From positions 1 through 45,810 of the forward strand of contig LBRB01000005.1 in NCBI GenBank assembly GCA_000991185.1: a stretch of 45,810 bases of DNA, read 5' to 3'. Below, in pieces: positions 1 to 9,973 of this stretch. The DNA comes from Berkelbacteria bacterium GW2011_GWA2_35_9. Its GTDB lineage: Bacteria; Patescibacteriota; UBA1384; GWA2-35-9. Each line of letters begins with the position of its first letter. Within the stretch, counting starts at the first letter, position 1. The position numbers were made by a program, and so were the translations under genes. The notes under the pieces were generated by a model. That model did not search any database, was not told where the DNA came from, and worked only from the letters and a program-made list of their open reading frames with translations.

Positions 1-233
1 TGGCGAAGTGAATAATTTTTTTGGGTTAAAATTGTGTATAAATCTATAAAATCCCTTTTTGTTCCTCTCGATTGCAAAGCGTCTACCTTCATCGCCACCA
101 AGTCTTGGAGCGAAGCAATCTTGATATTGTGATAATTTGCAAACTCACCGATACTGGGATAATGATAATAGAAAAAACTAATTTTTACTTTGTCAAAAAC
201 ACCCAAAAAAGTATCGTCTGCGAAAAAAACCAT
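1..233 (-). pseudogene. C-terminal part of an AbiEii/AbiGii-family nucleotidyltransferase; 5'-truncated and running off the window edge
   Basis: Not in the ORF track. Manual translation from 233 gives MVFFADDTFLGVFDKVKISFFYYHYP...IKIASLQDLVAMKVDALQSRGTKRDFIDLY, which carries the family AMK...RG..RDF.DLY motif. The N-terminal GGTAL/HR.S.DLDF motifs are absent. Confidence 0.65.
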
Positions 234-271
234 ACATAGTGAAGGTTTTTCTATCTGCTGATTGCTATCGG

Positions 272-835
272 CTAAAACTCAACTTTCGGTGGTGTTTTGG
301 ATTTTTCCGCCTCTTCGCCTTCCATCTCAAAAAACGGCTGGCTTTCGAACTTAAGCTGGCGACCGATGGTATTAGTCGGAAATGTTTCTAGTTTTGTGTT
401 AAAGTCCCGCACCTGACCGTTGTAAAACCGACGACTGGCTTCTATTTTATTTTCCGTGTCGCTTAATTCATCTTGCAAATCCAAAAAGTTTTGGCTGGCT
501 TTTAAATCCGGATAGCTTTCCGAAACCGCAAACAAGCTTTTCAGCGCCCCGGTTAACATATTCTCCGCCTGCCCCTTTTGTTCTATGCCAGTAGCCCCCA
601 TCGCTTCGGTTCTGGCTTTGGTAACATCCGTTAAAACCGATTTTTCAAACTTAGAATACCCCTTAACCGTTTCAATCAAATTAGGAATCAAATCGTAACG
701 CCGTTTCAACTGAACCGAAATATCGCTCCACGCTTCTTTTACCCGATTTCTCAAGGTTATTAAACCATTATAAACCGCAATTATCCAAAGAATAATTACC
801 CCAAAAACTATCAAAACAATTGTGCCAATTCCCAT
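272..835 (-). CDS. lemA: LemA family protein
   Basis: N-terminal TM helix; motifs YNGL, QLKRRYDLIPNL, YPDLKAS, RRFYN, FP; AAAGGAG SD upstream. Confidence 0.95.
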   Translation of the reverse strand: MGIGTIVLIVFGVIILWIIAVYNGLITLRNRVKEAWSDISVQLKRRYDLIPNLIETVKGYSKFEKSVLTDVTKARTEAMGATGIEQKGQAENMLTGALKSLFAVSESYPDLKASQNFLDLQDELSDTENKIEASRRFYNGQVRDFNTKLETFPTNTIGRQLKFESQPFFEMEGEEAEKSKTPPKVEF

Positions 836-856
836 AAATGCTCCTTTTTTTTATTA

Positions 857-898
857 TTATTGGTTATTAGCTATTAATTATTAGTTATTAGCTAATTT
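857..898. repeat. Heptamer array (TTATTAG-type, 6 units) overlapping the stop of the 881..1888 gene
   Basis: ttattgg ttattag ctattaa ttattag ttattag ctaattt. Confidence 0.75.
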
Positions 899-1888
899 GT
901 AGTATATCAGACCGTTTTCTTTAATACCAGCTGGGTCTTCACCGTTTTCAAGTCGGGCTTTTAGCTCATAATTAATTCCATCTTCTGATTTGTAGGTATA
1001 GTTAAATTCTTCGCCGACTCTCGGATCAAATGCAATTGAGTCAATATATGTCGAAACTAGTTTTAGCCCCGTATCCGATCCATTTGAAATTTTTTCTTCC
1101 CCACTGCTGGTTGGATAACTATTATTCACTGAAAAATAGGCATCAAGACCTTTTTTTACCATCTCTAAATCTCTTTTCCTCTGAGCATCTCGAGTCAATT
1201 CAGTACTTAACTCCTCTGATTCTGGAACACTTGTCGCCCCAAACTCAAAACTTTTTTCACTATTTCCTGGACTATAACTATAAACCGTTGTTGTTGTTTC
1301 TGAATTACCTGGAATCAAACCAACATACATCCCTAATGGAGTCAATATTAATCCATACGATAGAGCCGATAAAACAATAATTATTATCAACCCAAACAAG
1401 AAAAATTTGCTCACTCCAACTTTGGCTATCGTTTCTTTCGGATTATCATTTACTGTTTTCTCGATATTTTCCAATTTTTTATTCTCAGGCTCTTTTGCCT
1501 GTTTTGGTTCCTCATCAATTTGTTCAGCATTATTCGCTACAATACTTTCAATATCATCTTTTTTTTCTTCAATTTTTTCATTCGTTTTTTCTATTTCTGA
1601 TTGATTCTCCCCAATTGCCGGAATATCAATCGGCTCGTCGGGAAATTGAGTATTTGCCTCCGGTGATGGTTGAGCTGTATTTGAATTTTCAATTTTTTCT
1701 GAAAGGTTAACCGATTTTTCACTTTTAACCGGAATAATTTTTTGAGGATTGCTTTCAGGATTTGTTTCGGGTTGAATTGGAGCCACAGTTGGATTTGTAG
1801 CTAAATCAATATTTTCCGTATTCAAAGTCGCCACTTTCTGCAAGTCGCTTTTCGGTTTAACTAATTCATCTCCAAACTGCAGTTTCAT
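881..1888 (-). CDS. Membrane protein: acidic low-complexity N-terminus, one TM helix, C-terminal GspG/pilin-like domain
   Basis: RDAQRKRDL...L..YF.....YP...DP....Y.Y.S.DG..YEL.A.LEN resembles the pseudopilin globular domain. Confidence 0.7.
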   Translation of the reverse strand: MKLQFGDELVKPKSDLQKVATLNTENIDLATNPTVAPIQPETNPESNPQKIIPVKSEKSVNLSEKIENSNTAQPSPEANTQFPDEPIDIPAIGENQSEIEKTNEKIEEKKDDIESIVANNAEQIDEEPKQAKEPENKKLENIEKTVNDNPKETIAKVGVSKFFLFGLIIIIVLSALSYGLILTPLGMYVGLIPGNSETTTTVYSYSPGNSEKSFEFGATSVPESEELSTELTRDAQRKRDLEMVKKGLDAYFSVNNSYPTSSGEEKISNGSDTGLKLVSTYIDSIAFDPRVGEEFNYTYKSEDGINYELKARLENGEDPAGIKENGLIYYKLANN

Positions 1889-1923
1889 CGTCCCCGCCTT
1901 TTTATAATTTATAGTTTACTGTA

Positions 1924-3093
1924 TTATAACTCAATTTCTAAAGCTTTCTCAAGTTGATTATCAACATTTTCTTGTTTTATAACCTCAATATCAGGTTTAA
2001 TACCGTTTTTATCTATTTCTTGATCCTTAGGTGTCAACCACTTAGCGATCGTTAATCTTAACGATCCGCCATTCGATAATTCTTCCAATTTTTGAACCGA
2101 ACCTTTGCCGTAAGTTTTTTCACCAATTATTTTAGCTTTCTGATTATCTTGCAAGGAACCAGCCACAATTTCAGAAGCACTGGCTGACCCGCCATTAACC
2201 AAAACGACTGTTTTAATTTCAGTTAAAATATTTTTCCGATTCGATTTCAATTCCTCAATTTCACCTTTTTTATTTTTTTCCTTGACAATCACTCCATCTA
2301 TCCAATGTGATCCGATGTCAACCGAACTATCTAAATACCCTCCGGGATTACCACGAAGATCTAGCACAATTCGATCGATATTTTTCAAATCGTTATTTTT
2401 AACTACTTTTTCAAACAATTCGGTCGTATCACTCCCAAACTGAATTATTTCAATATAAAGTATTTTTTTACCGTTTTTTTCAATAATTTTACTACTAACC
2501 GAATCGTATTTAATCGTGTCTCTAACTATTTCATACTCTTTAGCTTGATGATCGCTTTTTTCAACTAACAATTTAACTTTCGAACCCTTTGGTCCACGAA
2601 TTAATGATATTGCTTCCGGTAAAGAAACTTCTTGGCTGTTTTTGTCATCAATCTTTAAAATAATATCTTTTGTCTCAAGACCAGCTTTTTCAGCTGGAGA
2701 ATTTTTAAGTGGGCTGACGACAGTCAACTTCCCATCATCAAGTGAAATTTCAACCCCGATTCCATCAAATTTCCCATCTAACTCTGAGATTAAATCCTTT
2801 GATTCTTCTTGGCTTAAATAAGACGAATGGGGGTCGCCTAAACCTTGAACAATTCCCGCCAACAAGCCGTCAATTATTTTATTTCGATCTATTTCACCTA
2901 CGAAATCATTTTCAATTTCCGACAGCTCTTCGTTGATTAAATTAATTTCGTCTTGTGCTAATTTTCCTGACTGTTGATTTGTTTGCTCAAGAATTATTTT
3001 TTTTGAATAATCCTGCCAATTATAACCAAGATAAAATGACAGCAAGACTAACAAAATAACTGCGACGATTTTAGGTCGTTGATTAAGTTCCAT
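1924..3093 (-). CDS. ctpA: S41 C-terminal processing peptidase with PDZ domain
   Basis: DPHSSY, GIGV (PDZ), LDLRGNPGG, SASASE, TYGKGSVQ. Confidence 0.93.
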   Translation of the reverse strand: MELNQRPKIVAVILLVLLSFYLGYNWQDYSKKIILEQTNQQSGKLAQDEINLINEELSEIENDFVGEIDRNKIIDGLLAGIVQGLGDPHSSYLSQEESKDLISELDGKFDGIGVEISLDDGKLTVVSPLKNSPAEKAGLETKDIILKIDDKNSQEVSLPEAISLIRGPKGSKVKLLVEKSDHQAKEYEIVRDTIKYDSVSSKIIEKNGKKILYIEIIQFGSDTTELFEKVVKNNDLKNIDRIVLDLRGNPGGYLDSSVDIGSHWIDGVIVKEKNKKGEIEELKSNRKNILTEIKTVVLVNGGSASASEIVAGSLQDNQKAKIIGEKTYGKGSVQKLEELSNGGSLRLTIAKWLTPKDQEIDKNGIKPDIEVIKQENVDNQLEKALEIEL

Positions 3094-3107
3094 ATAAATT
3101 CATTATA

Positions 3108-4199
3108 TCAGTTTGAAATTATTGCGCCACCTAGCACTTCATCGCCTCGATAAAAAACTACGTGCTGACCAGGAGTAATTGCTCGAACTGTCTCATTAAG
3201 CTGAATTTTGAACTTTGGATTTTGAAATTTATTTGGACTTTGGATTTTGAAATTTGAAATTTCCGAAATCTGTGTTTCATCAAAATCAACCACCAATTTA
3301 TTGTTCTCAATATCCTTGTAAATTACATATAATGCCTTCCTTGAGTCAGATAGTAATTTTGAATTTTGAAATTTATTATGAACTTTGAACTTTGAACTTT
3401 GAACTTCGGAAGCACTAATGCGCTCTCCGATTGTATAATAAAACGCCCCATCATGCTCCCCGACTTTAGTATTGTTGCTCAATACAACATCTCCAATTTT
3501 TGGTTTAATCATCATTTTCAAAAACTCTTTCAGTGGTAATTTTCCAACAAAACAAATCCCTTGTGAATCTTTTTTGGTCGCATTCGGCAACCTATTTTTT
3601 TTAGCAATTTCTCGCACTTCAGTTTTCATCATCCCACCGATCGGAAAAATAACTTTTTCAAGTTGTTTTTGCCCAAGCTGCCAAAGGAAATAAGCTTGAT
3701 CTTTTGAAGGGTCAACACCACGCAAAAGATAAAAATATTTTGCTAAATTTGAAATTTGAAATTTTAAATTCGCTCGGCGAAGCCGAGCGTAGTGTCCCGT
3801 CGCTAAATAAGCGTTTGGTGAAATTTTTTCAACGAATTTTAATAACGCTCCAAACTTAATAAATGTATTACACCAAACATCCGGATTGGGCGTAATGCCT
3901 TTTTCATAACCTTTAATAAATTTTGAAAATACATTTTTTGCATACTCTTTTTCAAAATTTAAAACATAAAAAGGAATGTCGAGAAAATTTGCCACTCGTT
4001 CCGCCATTTTTTGATCAGCTAAATCTGAACAACTGTCGGTAAATTTTTCATTTTTATTATTTTCGGTTAGCCAACTTTTTATATCAAAGTTTTTCAAAAA
4101 AACGGCGGTCAGATCAAAACCGGCTTTTTTTAAAAGCAATGCCGAAACTGCGCTATCTACTCCGCCTGAAAGAGCAATAACAGCTTTTTTAGATTTCAT
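3108..4199 (-). CDS. mnmA: tRNA 2-thiouridylase MnmA with three in-frame repeat insertions and an apparent C-terminal internal deletion
   Basis: SGGVDS, TPNPDVWCN, ATGHYAR, KDQAYFL, DSQGICF, YTIGER, ITPGQ. Confidence 0.93.
   Translation of the reverse strand: MKSKKAVIALSGGVDSAVSALLLKKAGFDLTAVFLKNFDIKSWLTENNKNEKFTDSCSDLADQKMAERVANFLDIPFYVLNFEKEYAKNVFSKFIKGYEKGITPNPDVWCNTFIKFGALLKFVEKISPNAYLATGHYARLRRANLKFQISNLAKYFYLLRGVDPSKDQAYFLWQLGQKQLEKVIFPIGGMMKTEVREIAKKNRLPNATKKDSQGICFVGKLPLKEFLKMMIKPKIGDVVLSNNTKVGEHDGAFYYTIGERISASEVQSSKFKVHNKFQNSKLLSDSRKALYVIYKDIENNKLVVDFDETQISEISNFKIQSPNKFQNPKFKIQLNETVRAITPGQHVVFYRGDEVLGGAIISN
3204..3263. repeat. In-frame heptamer array in mnmA (4 units + 4 nt + 4 units = 60 nt)
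   Basis: aattttg aactttg gattttg aaattta tttg gactttg gattttg aaatttg aaatttc; encodes EISNFKIQSPNKFQNPKFKI. Confidence 0.9.
3355..3408. repeat. In-frame heptamer array in mnmA (3 units + 5 nt + 4 units = 54 nt)
   Basis: aattttg aattttg aaattta ttatg aactttg aactttg aactttg aacttcg; encodes EVQSSKFKVHNKFQNSKL. Confidence 0.9.
3745..3789. repeat. In-frame heptamer array plus GC hairpin in mnmA
   Basis: aaatttg aaatttg aaatttt aaattcg adjoining CGCTCGGC-GAA-GCCGAGCG (3771-3789); encodes ARLRRANLKFQISNL. Confidence 0.85.
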
Positions 4200-4971
4200 T
4201 TTGAATATTATAAGCTTTGATTAAATTTGAAAATAGATTAGCTACCGTTAGTGGTCCAATTCCGCCAATTGGCGGTACAATCGCTCTGACCAAGCTTTTT
4301 ATTTTTTCAAAATCGGTATCTACCCCACTTGCATCAATGACAATTTGATTTTTAGAAACTAAATTTGGTTGAATAAATTTATGACTGCCGGAGGCTCCAA
4401 TAACAATCTCCGCCTCTAATATTTTACTCCGATAATCACGGTCATTTTTTTCAGTAATATTGACAAAGGCACCTTGTTTTTTAAGCAAAGTTGCTAACGG
4501 TCTGCCAATTAAAAAACCATAACCGACAATCACAAACTTTTTATGATATATATCAATTTTATTATGAAGTAAAAGATTAATTATTGCCATTGGTGTTGGC
4601 GGGCGAAACAGATGCATCCGGAAACCATCAACATCTTTTTTAGGATCGATCGCCCATATTATTTTTAAGCGATCAAGATTGTTTGGAATTGGCATTTGGA
4701 CAATTATCCCATTGACACTTTTGTTTTTGTTTAACTCATCTATTAAATAAACAATATTTGATATTTCAATATTTTCTGGAAATTCAAATAGTTTGAAATT
4801 AACGCCAATTTTTTCAGCGATTTTTTGTTTAATTTCGATATATTTTCGGCTTTGTTTGTCGTCGCCAATTAAAATTACTGCCAATCCCGGGTCACTCGGT
4901 AACATTTTGACTTCAACAGTTAGCTCTTTGATTATTTCATTAGCAATTTTATCGCCCTTGATAATCTTCAT
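4189..4971 (-). CDS. folD: Methylenetetrahydrofolate dehydrogenase/cyclohydrolase
   Basis: PGLAVILIG, Y...K, GIIVQMP, KDVDG, GRPL, PIGGIGPLTV. Confidence 0.9.
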   Translation of the reverse strand: MKIIKGDKIANEIIKELTVEVKMLPSDPGLAVILIGDDKQSRKYIEIKQKIAEKIGVNFKLFEFPENIEISNIVYLIDELNKNKSVNGIIVQMPIPNNLDRLKIIWAIDPKKDVDGFRMHLFRPPTPMAIINLLLHNKIDIYHKKFVIVGYGFLIGRPLATLLKKQGAFVNITEKNDRDYRSKILEAEIVIGASGSHKFIQPNLVSKNQIVIDASGVDTDFEKIKSLVRAIVPPIGGIGPLTVANLFSNLIKAYNIQNEI

Positions 4972-6124
4972 AAACTTCAGTTAATATTTTTAAAAATGTT
5001 TCGATTTCAGTATTACTAGTTGCAAGTGCAATACTTATCCGCAATGTTTCTCTAATTGTCTTTTCGTCAACCTGCATATTTTCTAATACATAAGAAAGCT
5101 TTTGGCTTTTACTGGAACAAGCGCTTCCAATAGAAACTGAAATATTTTGCTTGTCTAAAAGAACAAATAGATTTTGGTGTTCAATATTTTTTAGAGCAAT
5201 TAAACTTATATGTGGCGATCTAGAGCTAGTCTTGAACAATATTTTTGCATCTGCAATTTTTTCAATTCCATTTTCTAATTTGGTTTTTTTGAACTGCAAA
5301 ATTTTTGTATTTTTAATTCTTTTTTGCACAATATTTTCTAAAACTTTAGTCATATAATATATTCCATAAACATTCACTGTTCCTGATCGCTTATCCATTT
5401 CTTGCCCACCCCCGCAAATTAATGGGAAAAATTTCTCCGTCTTAGAAATCATCACTCCAGTTCCTGGCAATGACCCAAATTTATGACCAGAAAAAGTGAC
5501 AATATCGATTAAATCTCTTTCTAAATTGATCGAATAATATTCAACTGCCTGAGTTATATCGGTATGTAAATATGGATATTTTGTATCGTTAGTCAATTTA
5601 TATTTTTTTAATTCCCGACCGATTTTTTTAATATCTTGCACAACACCAGTTTCGTTATTTACAAAACCAACCGAAATTAATACTGTTTCTGGCTTGATTA
5701 GTTCAATAATTTTTTCGGAAATAAAAAGTCCATCTTTTTCTGGATAAATAAATGTTACTTCCGCCCGCTTAAGATTGTTAAGAATTTTAGCGGTTTCAAT
5801 TATAGATGGGTGTTCAATCGAGCTAATAATTAAATGAGGCAATTTTTCACCGGTAGTATTATAATACAATGCATAATCCACCATACCTTTTAAAATTGTA
5901 TTATTGCCTTCGCTAGCCCCACTATTAAAATAGACCATCTCTGGTTCGACTGAAAATATATGGGCAATTTTTTCTCGACATTTTTCCAAAATTTTTGACA
6001 TTTCTCTGCCATGCGAGTGGAGCGAAGAACTATTGCCATAAGATTTTTTAATTAAACTAAAATACTCTTCGGCAATTTTTTCATCCGGTTTTTTTGTCCC
6101 TGCATTGTCTAAATAAATTTTCAT
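4949..6124 (-). CDS. iscS: Cysteine desulfurase (IscS/NifS group I)
   Basis: IYLDNA, IEHPS, VNNETG, SGHKF (PLP Lys), RSGT, GSACSS (catalytic Cys); operonic with mnmA. Confidence 0.9.
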   Translation of the reverse strand: MKIYLDNAGTKKPDEKIAEEYFSLIKKSYGNSSSLHSHGREMSKILEKCREKIAHIFSVEPEMVYFNSGASEGNNTILKGMVDYALYYNTTGEKLPHLIISSIEHPSIIETAKILNNLKRAEVTFIYPEKDGLFISEKIIELIKPETVLISVGFVNNETGVVQDIKKIGRELKKYKLTNDTKYPYLHTDITQAVEYYSINLERDLIDIVTFSGHKFGSLPGTGVMISKTEKFFPLICGGGQEMDKRSGTVNVYGIYYMTKVLENIVQKRIKNTKILQFKKTKLENGIEKIADAKILFKTSSRSPHISLIALKNIEHQNLFVLLDKQNISVSIGSACSSKSQKLSYVLENMQVDEKTIRETLRISIALATSNTEIETFLKILTEVYEDYQGR

Positions 6125-6144
6125 TTTTTATTATTTGCAGGTTA

Positions 6145-6173
6145 ATTTTATAAGAATAACTTTTATAAGTCAA
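6145..6173 (-). promoter_or_regulatory. Sigma70-type promoter of iscS-folD-mnmA
   Basis: TTGACT-17 nt-TAAAAT on the minus strand. Confidence 0.6.
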
Positions 6174-6205
6174 GAATCAAAATTACACTTTCTTACAGGA
6201 GCACA

Positions 6206-6376
6206 TTATTCTTTTGAATAATATTTATACTCGGTAATCATATTTTTTTCAAGTTGTCTCAGGTGATTGTCATATTTTTTAATTAATAAATATTTAATTA
6301 AAATAGCACTTAGATAAAATATTAAAATAACAACAATAAATATATTTATCAAAAATAATGCATTTTTTTTATTCAT
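6206..6376 (-). CDS. Small single-TM protein (56 aa), below the ORF-track cutoff
   Basis: Manual translation MNKKNALFLINIFIVVILIFYLSAILIKYLLIKKYDNHLRQLEKNMITEYKYYSKE; its start overlaps the stop of the upstream gene. Confidence 0.5.
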   Translation of the reverse strand: MNKKNALFLINIFIVVILIFYLSAILIKYLLIKKYDNHLRQLEKNMITEYKYYSKE

Positions 6377-7448
6377 TAATCCACCCCATTTCTTTTGCGG
6401 TTCTTTTATTAATTAAAGAGGAGTAATTTGAATCTAGATCAACGCTTCCACTATTACACATTAAACTATAATGGTTACCTGTAATAGTTTCGTCAAATGT
6501 ACCATCCTGACATGGCTTATTAATATCTCCACCTATAATGTATTGGTCTGACGCTCCTAAAGAATGAGCCATTTCGTGAACTAAAGTACCAATATGTATC
6601 CCCCATTGATTAGGAAACAACCATGTTAAGCTTGATCTGACCGAACTAAGTGAATGAGAGACTAAAAGAGCGCCAATGTCATTTGGAGCATAAACAACTA
6701 CTCCAATTGCATCATAATCTCTTATGTCGATATTTTGTTTTTTAAAATTTTTAATCATAAAATTATCAGAAATTCCCCATTCTCCAATAGCTTCATCTCG
6801 ATTGCTAGCTGTTAGTTGAGGAAGCTTTTCATCAATCTTGATGGGTTCCTTAACGGTTAAATTTACAGTTAAATCTGCATTAAAACGCTTTGCTTGAGCT
6901 TCATAATAAGTTTTAATATACCTAAAAGTTGGATTAGAAATTTCTGAACCAGGAAGTTTTATTTTTTCTTGTTCACTATTTAAAGCTTCTATATATTTTT
7001 TAATAATTTCATTTTCTTGATCAACATCCTGAGGTATCAGTTGCACAATTAAAAAATTAAGGTCTCCGACTGCTTTTGTTAAAACATATGCACAAGTCGA
7101 ATGGTCAGTAATTTTCCTCCATGGTTTTTCATATTCCTGACAGTTGTTATTATCTTCAACTATTTTAGAGCCATTCTCGCCACTGTTTAAATATTTGTAT
7201 ATTCTATTGGTTGTATCTTCACTAAATTTTATTTCTGATGTCTCTTTAGTTATTAAATCTTCATTTTTTTGTAACGCTAGATTAATAATATCTTCATATT
7301 TATCGTGTATTGCTAGAACTTTACTAAGATATTCTTGATAATATTTATGATTATAACGATAGTATATAATATTAATAAATACTATTAGCAATGCCAAAAA
7401 CCAGAATAAACATATTTTTAAATCTTCTTTTTCAATCTTGATTGACAT
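6369..7448 (-). CDS. Membrane-anchored zinc metallopeptidase-like protein
   Basis: N-terminal TM helix; HEMAHSLGASD (HExxHxxGxxD) and a YSLM Met-turn-like motif. Confidence 0.75.
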   Translation of the reverse strand: MSIKIEKEDLKICLFWFLALLIVFINIIYYRYNHKYYQEYLSKVLAIHDKYEDIINLALQKNEDLITKETSEIKFSEDTTNRIYKYLNSGENGSKIVEDNNNCQEYEKPWRKITDHSTCAYVLTKAVGDLNFLIVQLIPQDVDQENEIIKKYIEALNSEQEKIKLPGSEISNPTFRYIKTYYEAQAKRFNADLTVNLTVKEPIKIDEKLPQLTASNRDEAIGEWGISDNFMIKNFKKQNIDIRDYDAIGVVVYAPNDIGALLVSHSLSSVRSSLTWLFPNQWGIHIGTLVHEMAHSLGASDQYIIGGDINKPCQDGTFDETITGNHYSLMCNSGSVDLDSNYSSLINKRTAKEMGWINE

Positions 7449-7456
7449 TTTTGTGT

Positions 7457-9082
7457 CTAATATCCTTCAGGATAGAAATAATTTTGGGTTAAAAATACAT
7501 CAACTATTTTTTTAGGAATAGATGAACCTGTGCTAGTAATGTAGTTTGCTGTTTCAGCTGTTTTTACAGAACTAAAGATAATATAATTTTCGTTGTTTAC
7601 AAAATAAAAATCTCCCGAAACAGTTCCAAGATTAGTAATGTTCTTTTCAACGTTTGTACTTTTTTCTTTTAAGAAAAGATCAGTCTTCCCATCTCGTGTT
7701 TCTTTAAATATTTCTATATTTCCGTCTTGAGTAAATATCCTCTCTCTTCTACTGTTAGCTGAGTCCGGTGTATAATTACTAATATTACCGGTTTCTATAT
7801 TATATTGTTTATACAGCGTTTTACTTTCTTCAGTGTCATAGTATGAATATAGCAAATACTGATTATCTTGCGAGTACTTTAAATCACTGACAGAGCTATC
7901 TGTAATTTTTTTTGTTGAATTGTTAGAAAATCTATATATATATGTTCCCTTTTCAGAATTAATATCTCCATAAATAGTATTTTGTATCCAACTTATTGTT
8001 TTTCCTGAAAAACTAAATGCAAAACTATTCAAACCTCCATTTTCTGCTAATTTAATTGTGCTCTCGCTCGTCACATTATAAATATATAATTTATTACTGA
8101 AATCATCTTGACCTTCTTTTCCGATCCACGCAATATATTTATTATCAGAAGACCACCTTACTCCATTTATGCTATATTGATTTCCAATTTTCTTCAAACT
8201 CTCTCCTGAACTTTTAATTAAATAGATATAATCACGAAAAGTTCCGTCTGCCTTTTTTTCTTGATCTCGTGTTGACATAAATACAACCCAGTTTTTATCA
8301 GGACTAGATTGAGCATTATAATCCTCACCCTCTCCAAGTCTTTTTACCAGCTGACTTAATTCCGTACCATCATAATTTGCTAAATAAACTCCTTTTTTCC
8401 CACCATCTCTATTTGAAACAAAATATAATTTTCCAGATGGAACTATTTCAATGACTTGATCTTTGTTGTCGGAAAAAATAATATTTTTTTCTATTTTATT
8501 ATATCCTTCTTTTTCTATAGTTACTTTATGGTCGTCAATTGCAATTTTTTCAAATAGAGCAATTCCCTTTTCGTCGGTTTCTCGTTCTTCCCCTAAAATT
8601 TTTATTTTTACACCTTTTATTGTTTGACCATTAATATAATTTTTAGTTGTAATAGAAACATTATCGGTAACAATTGTTTTTCTCAACTGTACCAGCTTGT
8701 TATTTACTCCTTTTTTCAATTTTATTTTTTCTTCGTAATTGTCAAATCCGCTTGTGGTAATTAATAGTTTGTACGTTCCTGCATGTAGATTATTAATAAT
8801 TAGCAACCCTTGATTGTCACTTATTTTATCAATCCCATTGATATTTCCTTTAGCACCAATAACGGTTTCGTTGTTTTCATCAGTTATTTTAACCTCGAGT
8901 TTGGCAGGAAATATTTTCAATAATAAAAAACTATAACTATCAGTCTGCCATATCAATACTAAAATAGCTATTAGCAATACAAACAACGAACTAATTCTAA
9001 GAAAATTTTTCGATATTACAAAATAACGGCTCTTCTCAGTATTTAATGTATTTCCTGAAACGGTTTCTTGATATTTTTTTAT
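7457..9082 (-). CDS. Exported protein with carboxypeptidase-regulatory/PEGA-like domains and a TolB-like beta-propeller; start uncertain (ATA 9082 or TTG 8986)
   Basis: FVSNRDGG...ANYDG, SPDKNWVVFMSTRD, WSSDNKYIAW repeats; the frame is open up to an SD-preceded ATA at 9082. Confidence 0.75.
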   Translation of the reverse strand: MKKYQETVSGNTLNTEKSRYFVISKNFLRISSLFVLLIAILVLIWQTDSYSFLLLKIFPAKLEVKITDENNETVIGAKGNINGIDKISDNQGLLIINNLHAGTYKLLITTSGFDNYEEKIKLKKGVNNKLVQLRKTIVTDNVSITTKNYINGQTIKGVKIKILGEERETDEKGIALFEKIAIDDHKVTIEKEGYNKIEKNIIFSDNKDQVIEIVPSGKLYFVSNRDGGKKGVYLANYDGTELSQLVKRLGEGEDYNAQSSPDKNWVVFMSTRDQEKKADGTFRDYIYLIKSSGESLKKIGNQYSINGVRWSSDNKYIAWIGKEGQDDFSNKLYIYNVTSESTIKLAENGGLNSFAFSFSGKTISWIQNTIYGDINSEKGTYIYRFSNNSTKKITDSSVSDLKYSQDNQYLLYSYYDTEESKTLYKQYNIETGNISNYTPDSANSRRERIFTQDGNIEIFKETRDGKTDLFLKEKSTNVEKNITNLGTVSGDFYFVNNENYIIFSSVKTAETANYITSTGSSIPKKIVDVFLTQNYFYPEGY

Positions 9083-9087
9083 AAACT

Positions 9088-9121
9088 CCTCCTTATTTAT
9101 ATGTTATTATTTATTATAACA
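9088..9121 (-). promoter_or_regulatory. Extended -10 promoter and strong SD
   Basis: TGTTATAAT (9121-9113) and AAGGAGG (9094-9088). Confidence 0.6.
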
Positions 9122-9134
9122 AATAATTTACATT

Positions 9135-9917
9135 CTACCTATCAAAATTAAAAAGATTAACGCTGTTTTGATTGATAATTAATTTAGTTTCCTCAATCTT
9201 TACATTTTTTATTTCGGCAATTTTTTTATAAACAAATTTGACATCGCTTGGCAGACTGTAATTTCTTCCAGTCTTTTTATTCGGAATAAATGGTGCATCG
9301 GTTTCACATAGAATTTTATTAATATCAATTTCGCTTATTATTTTGTCAAAATCTTTGCAATTGCAAATTATATTGGTTAAACCGATGTAAAATCCCAAAT
9401 TAATTATCTTTTGAGCTTGTTTAAAATTACCGGTAAAACAATGAAATACACCAGACAATTTTTCTTTTTGCGCTTTTCTTTTTTCTATATTTTCAATAAT
9501 TTTATTGATTGCGTTTTTTCCACGAGCGTGGATAATTATTGGTATATTGTTTGCAACTGCAATGTCTATAAATTTATCTAAATATTTTTCTTGATCCTCT
9601 GATGAAATATTTTCTATTTTTTCATCCAGCCCAATCTCTCCAACCGCCACAATATTATCTTTTTCTTTTATTACTAACTCCTCCAAAACCGTTTGCACAC
9701 CTACGATGTGTGTAAACGGTTTTATCTCACTGGGATGTATCCCAACCGATGCAAAAACATGTGTGTTTTTTTTAGCTAGTGCGATATTTTTCCGTGAATC
9801 ATCTAAATTTGTTCCAACCGAAACCATCAGCAAATCTTTTTGCTCAACAATTTCTTTCACCATTTTATTTAATGGATTGTATGTTAGATGGCAATGAGTA
9901 TCAATCAGTCGGCTCAT
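9135..9917 (-). CDS. tatD: TatD family DNase
   Basis: DTHCHL, GIHP, GEIGLD, IIHAR, HCFTG, ETDAPF. Start placed at the second Met because ATG 9935 lies in a repeat terminus. Confidence 0.92.
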   Translation of the reverse strand: MSRLIDTHCHLTYNPLNKMVKEIVEQKDLLMVSVGTNLDDSRKNIALAKKNTHVFASVGIHPSEIKPFTHIVGVQTVLEELVIKEKDNIVAVGEIGLDEKIENISSEDQEKYLDKFIDIAVANNIPIIIHARGKNAINKIIENIEKRKAQKEKLSGVFHCFTGNFKQAQKIINLGFYIGLTNIICNCKDFDKIISEIDINKILCETDAPFIPNKKTGRNYSLPSDVKFVYKKIAEIKNVKIEETKLIINQNSVNLFNFDR

Positions 9918-9929
9918 AATATTTTTTCG

Positions 9930-9969
9930 TGTCATCCTCGACCGAATAAAATTCGAGACCGGGGATCCA
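9930..9969. repeat. Half copy of the TGTCAT palindromic element
   Basis: TGTCATCCTCGA...CGGGGATCCA matches the left half of the 18339 and 29181 copies. Confidence 0.8.
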
Positions 9970-9973
9970 TAAA

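Noticed and set aside
9918-9935. tatD start at ATG 9935
   Set aside because: That ATG is part of the ATGACA repeat terminus; Met at 9917 fits the usual distance to DTHCH.
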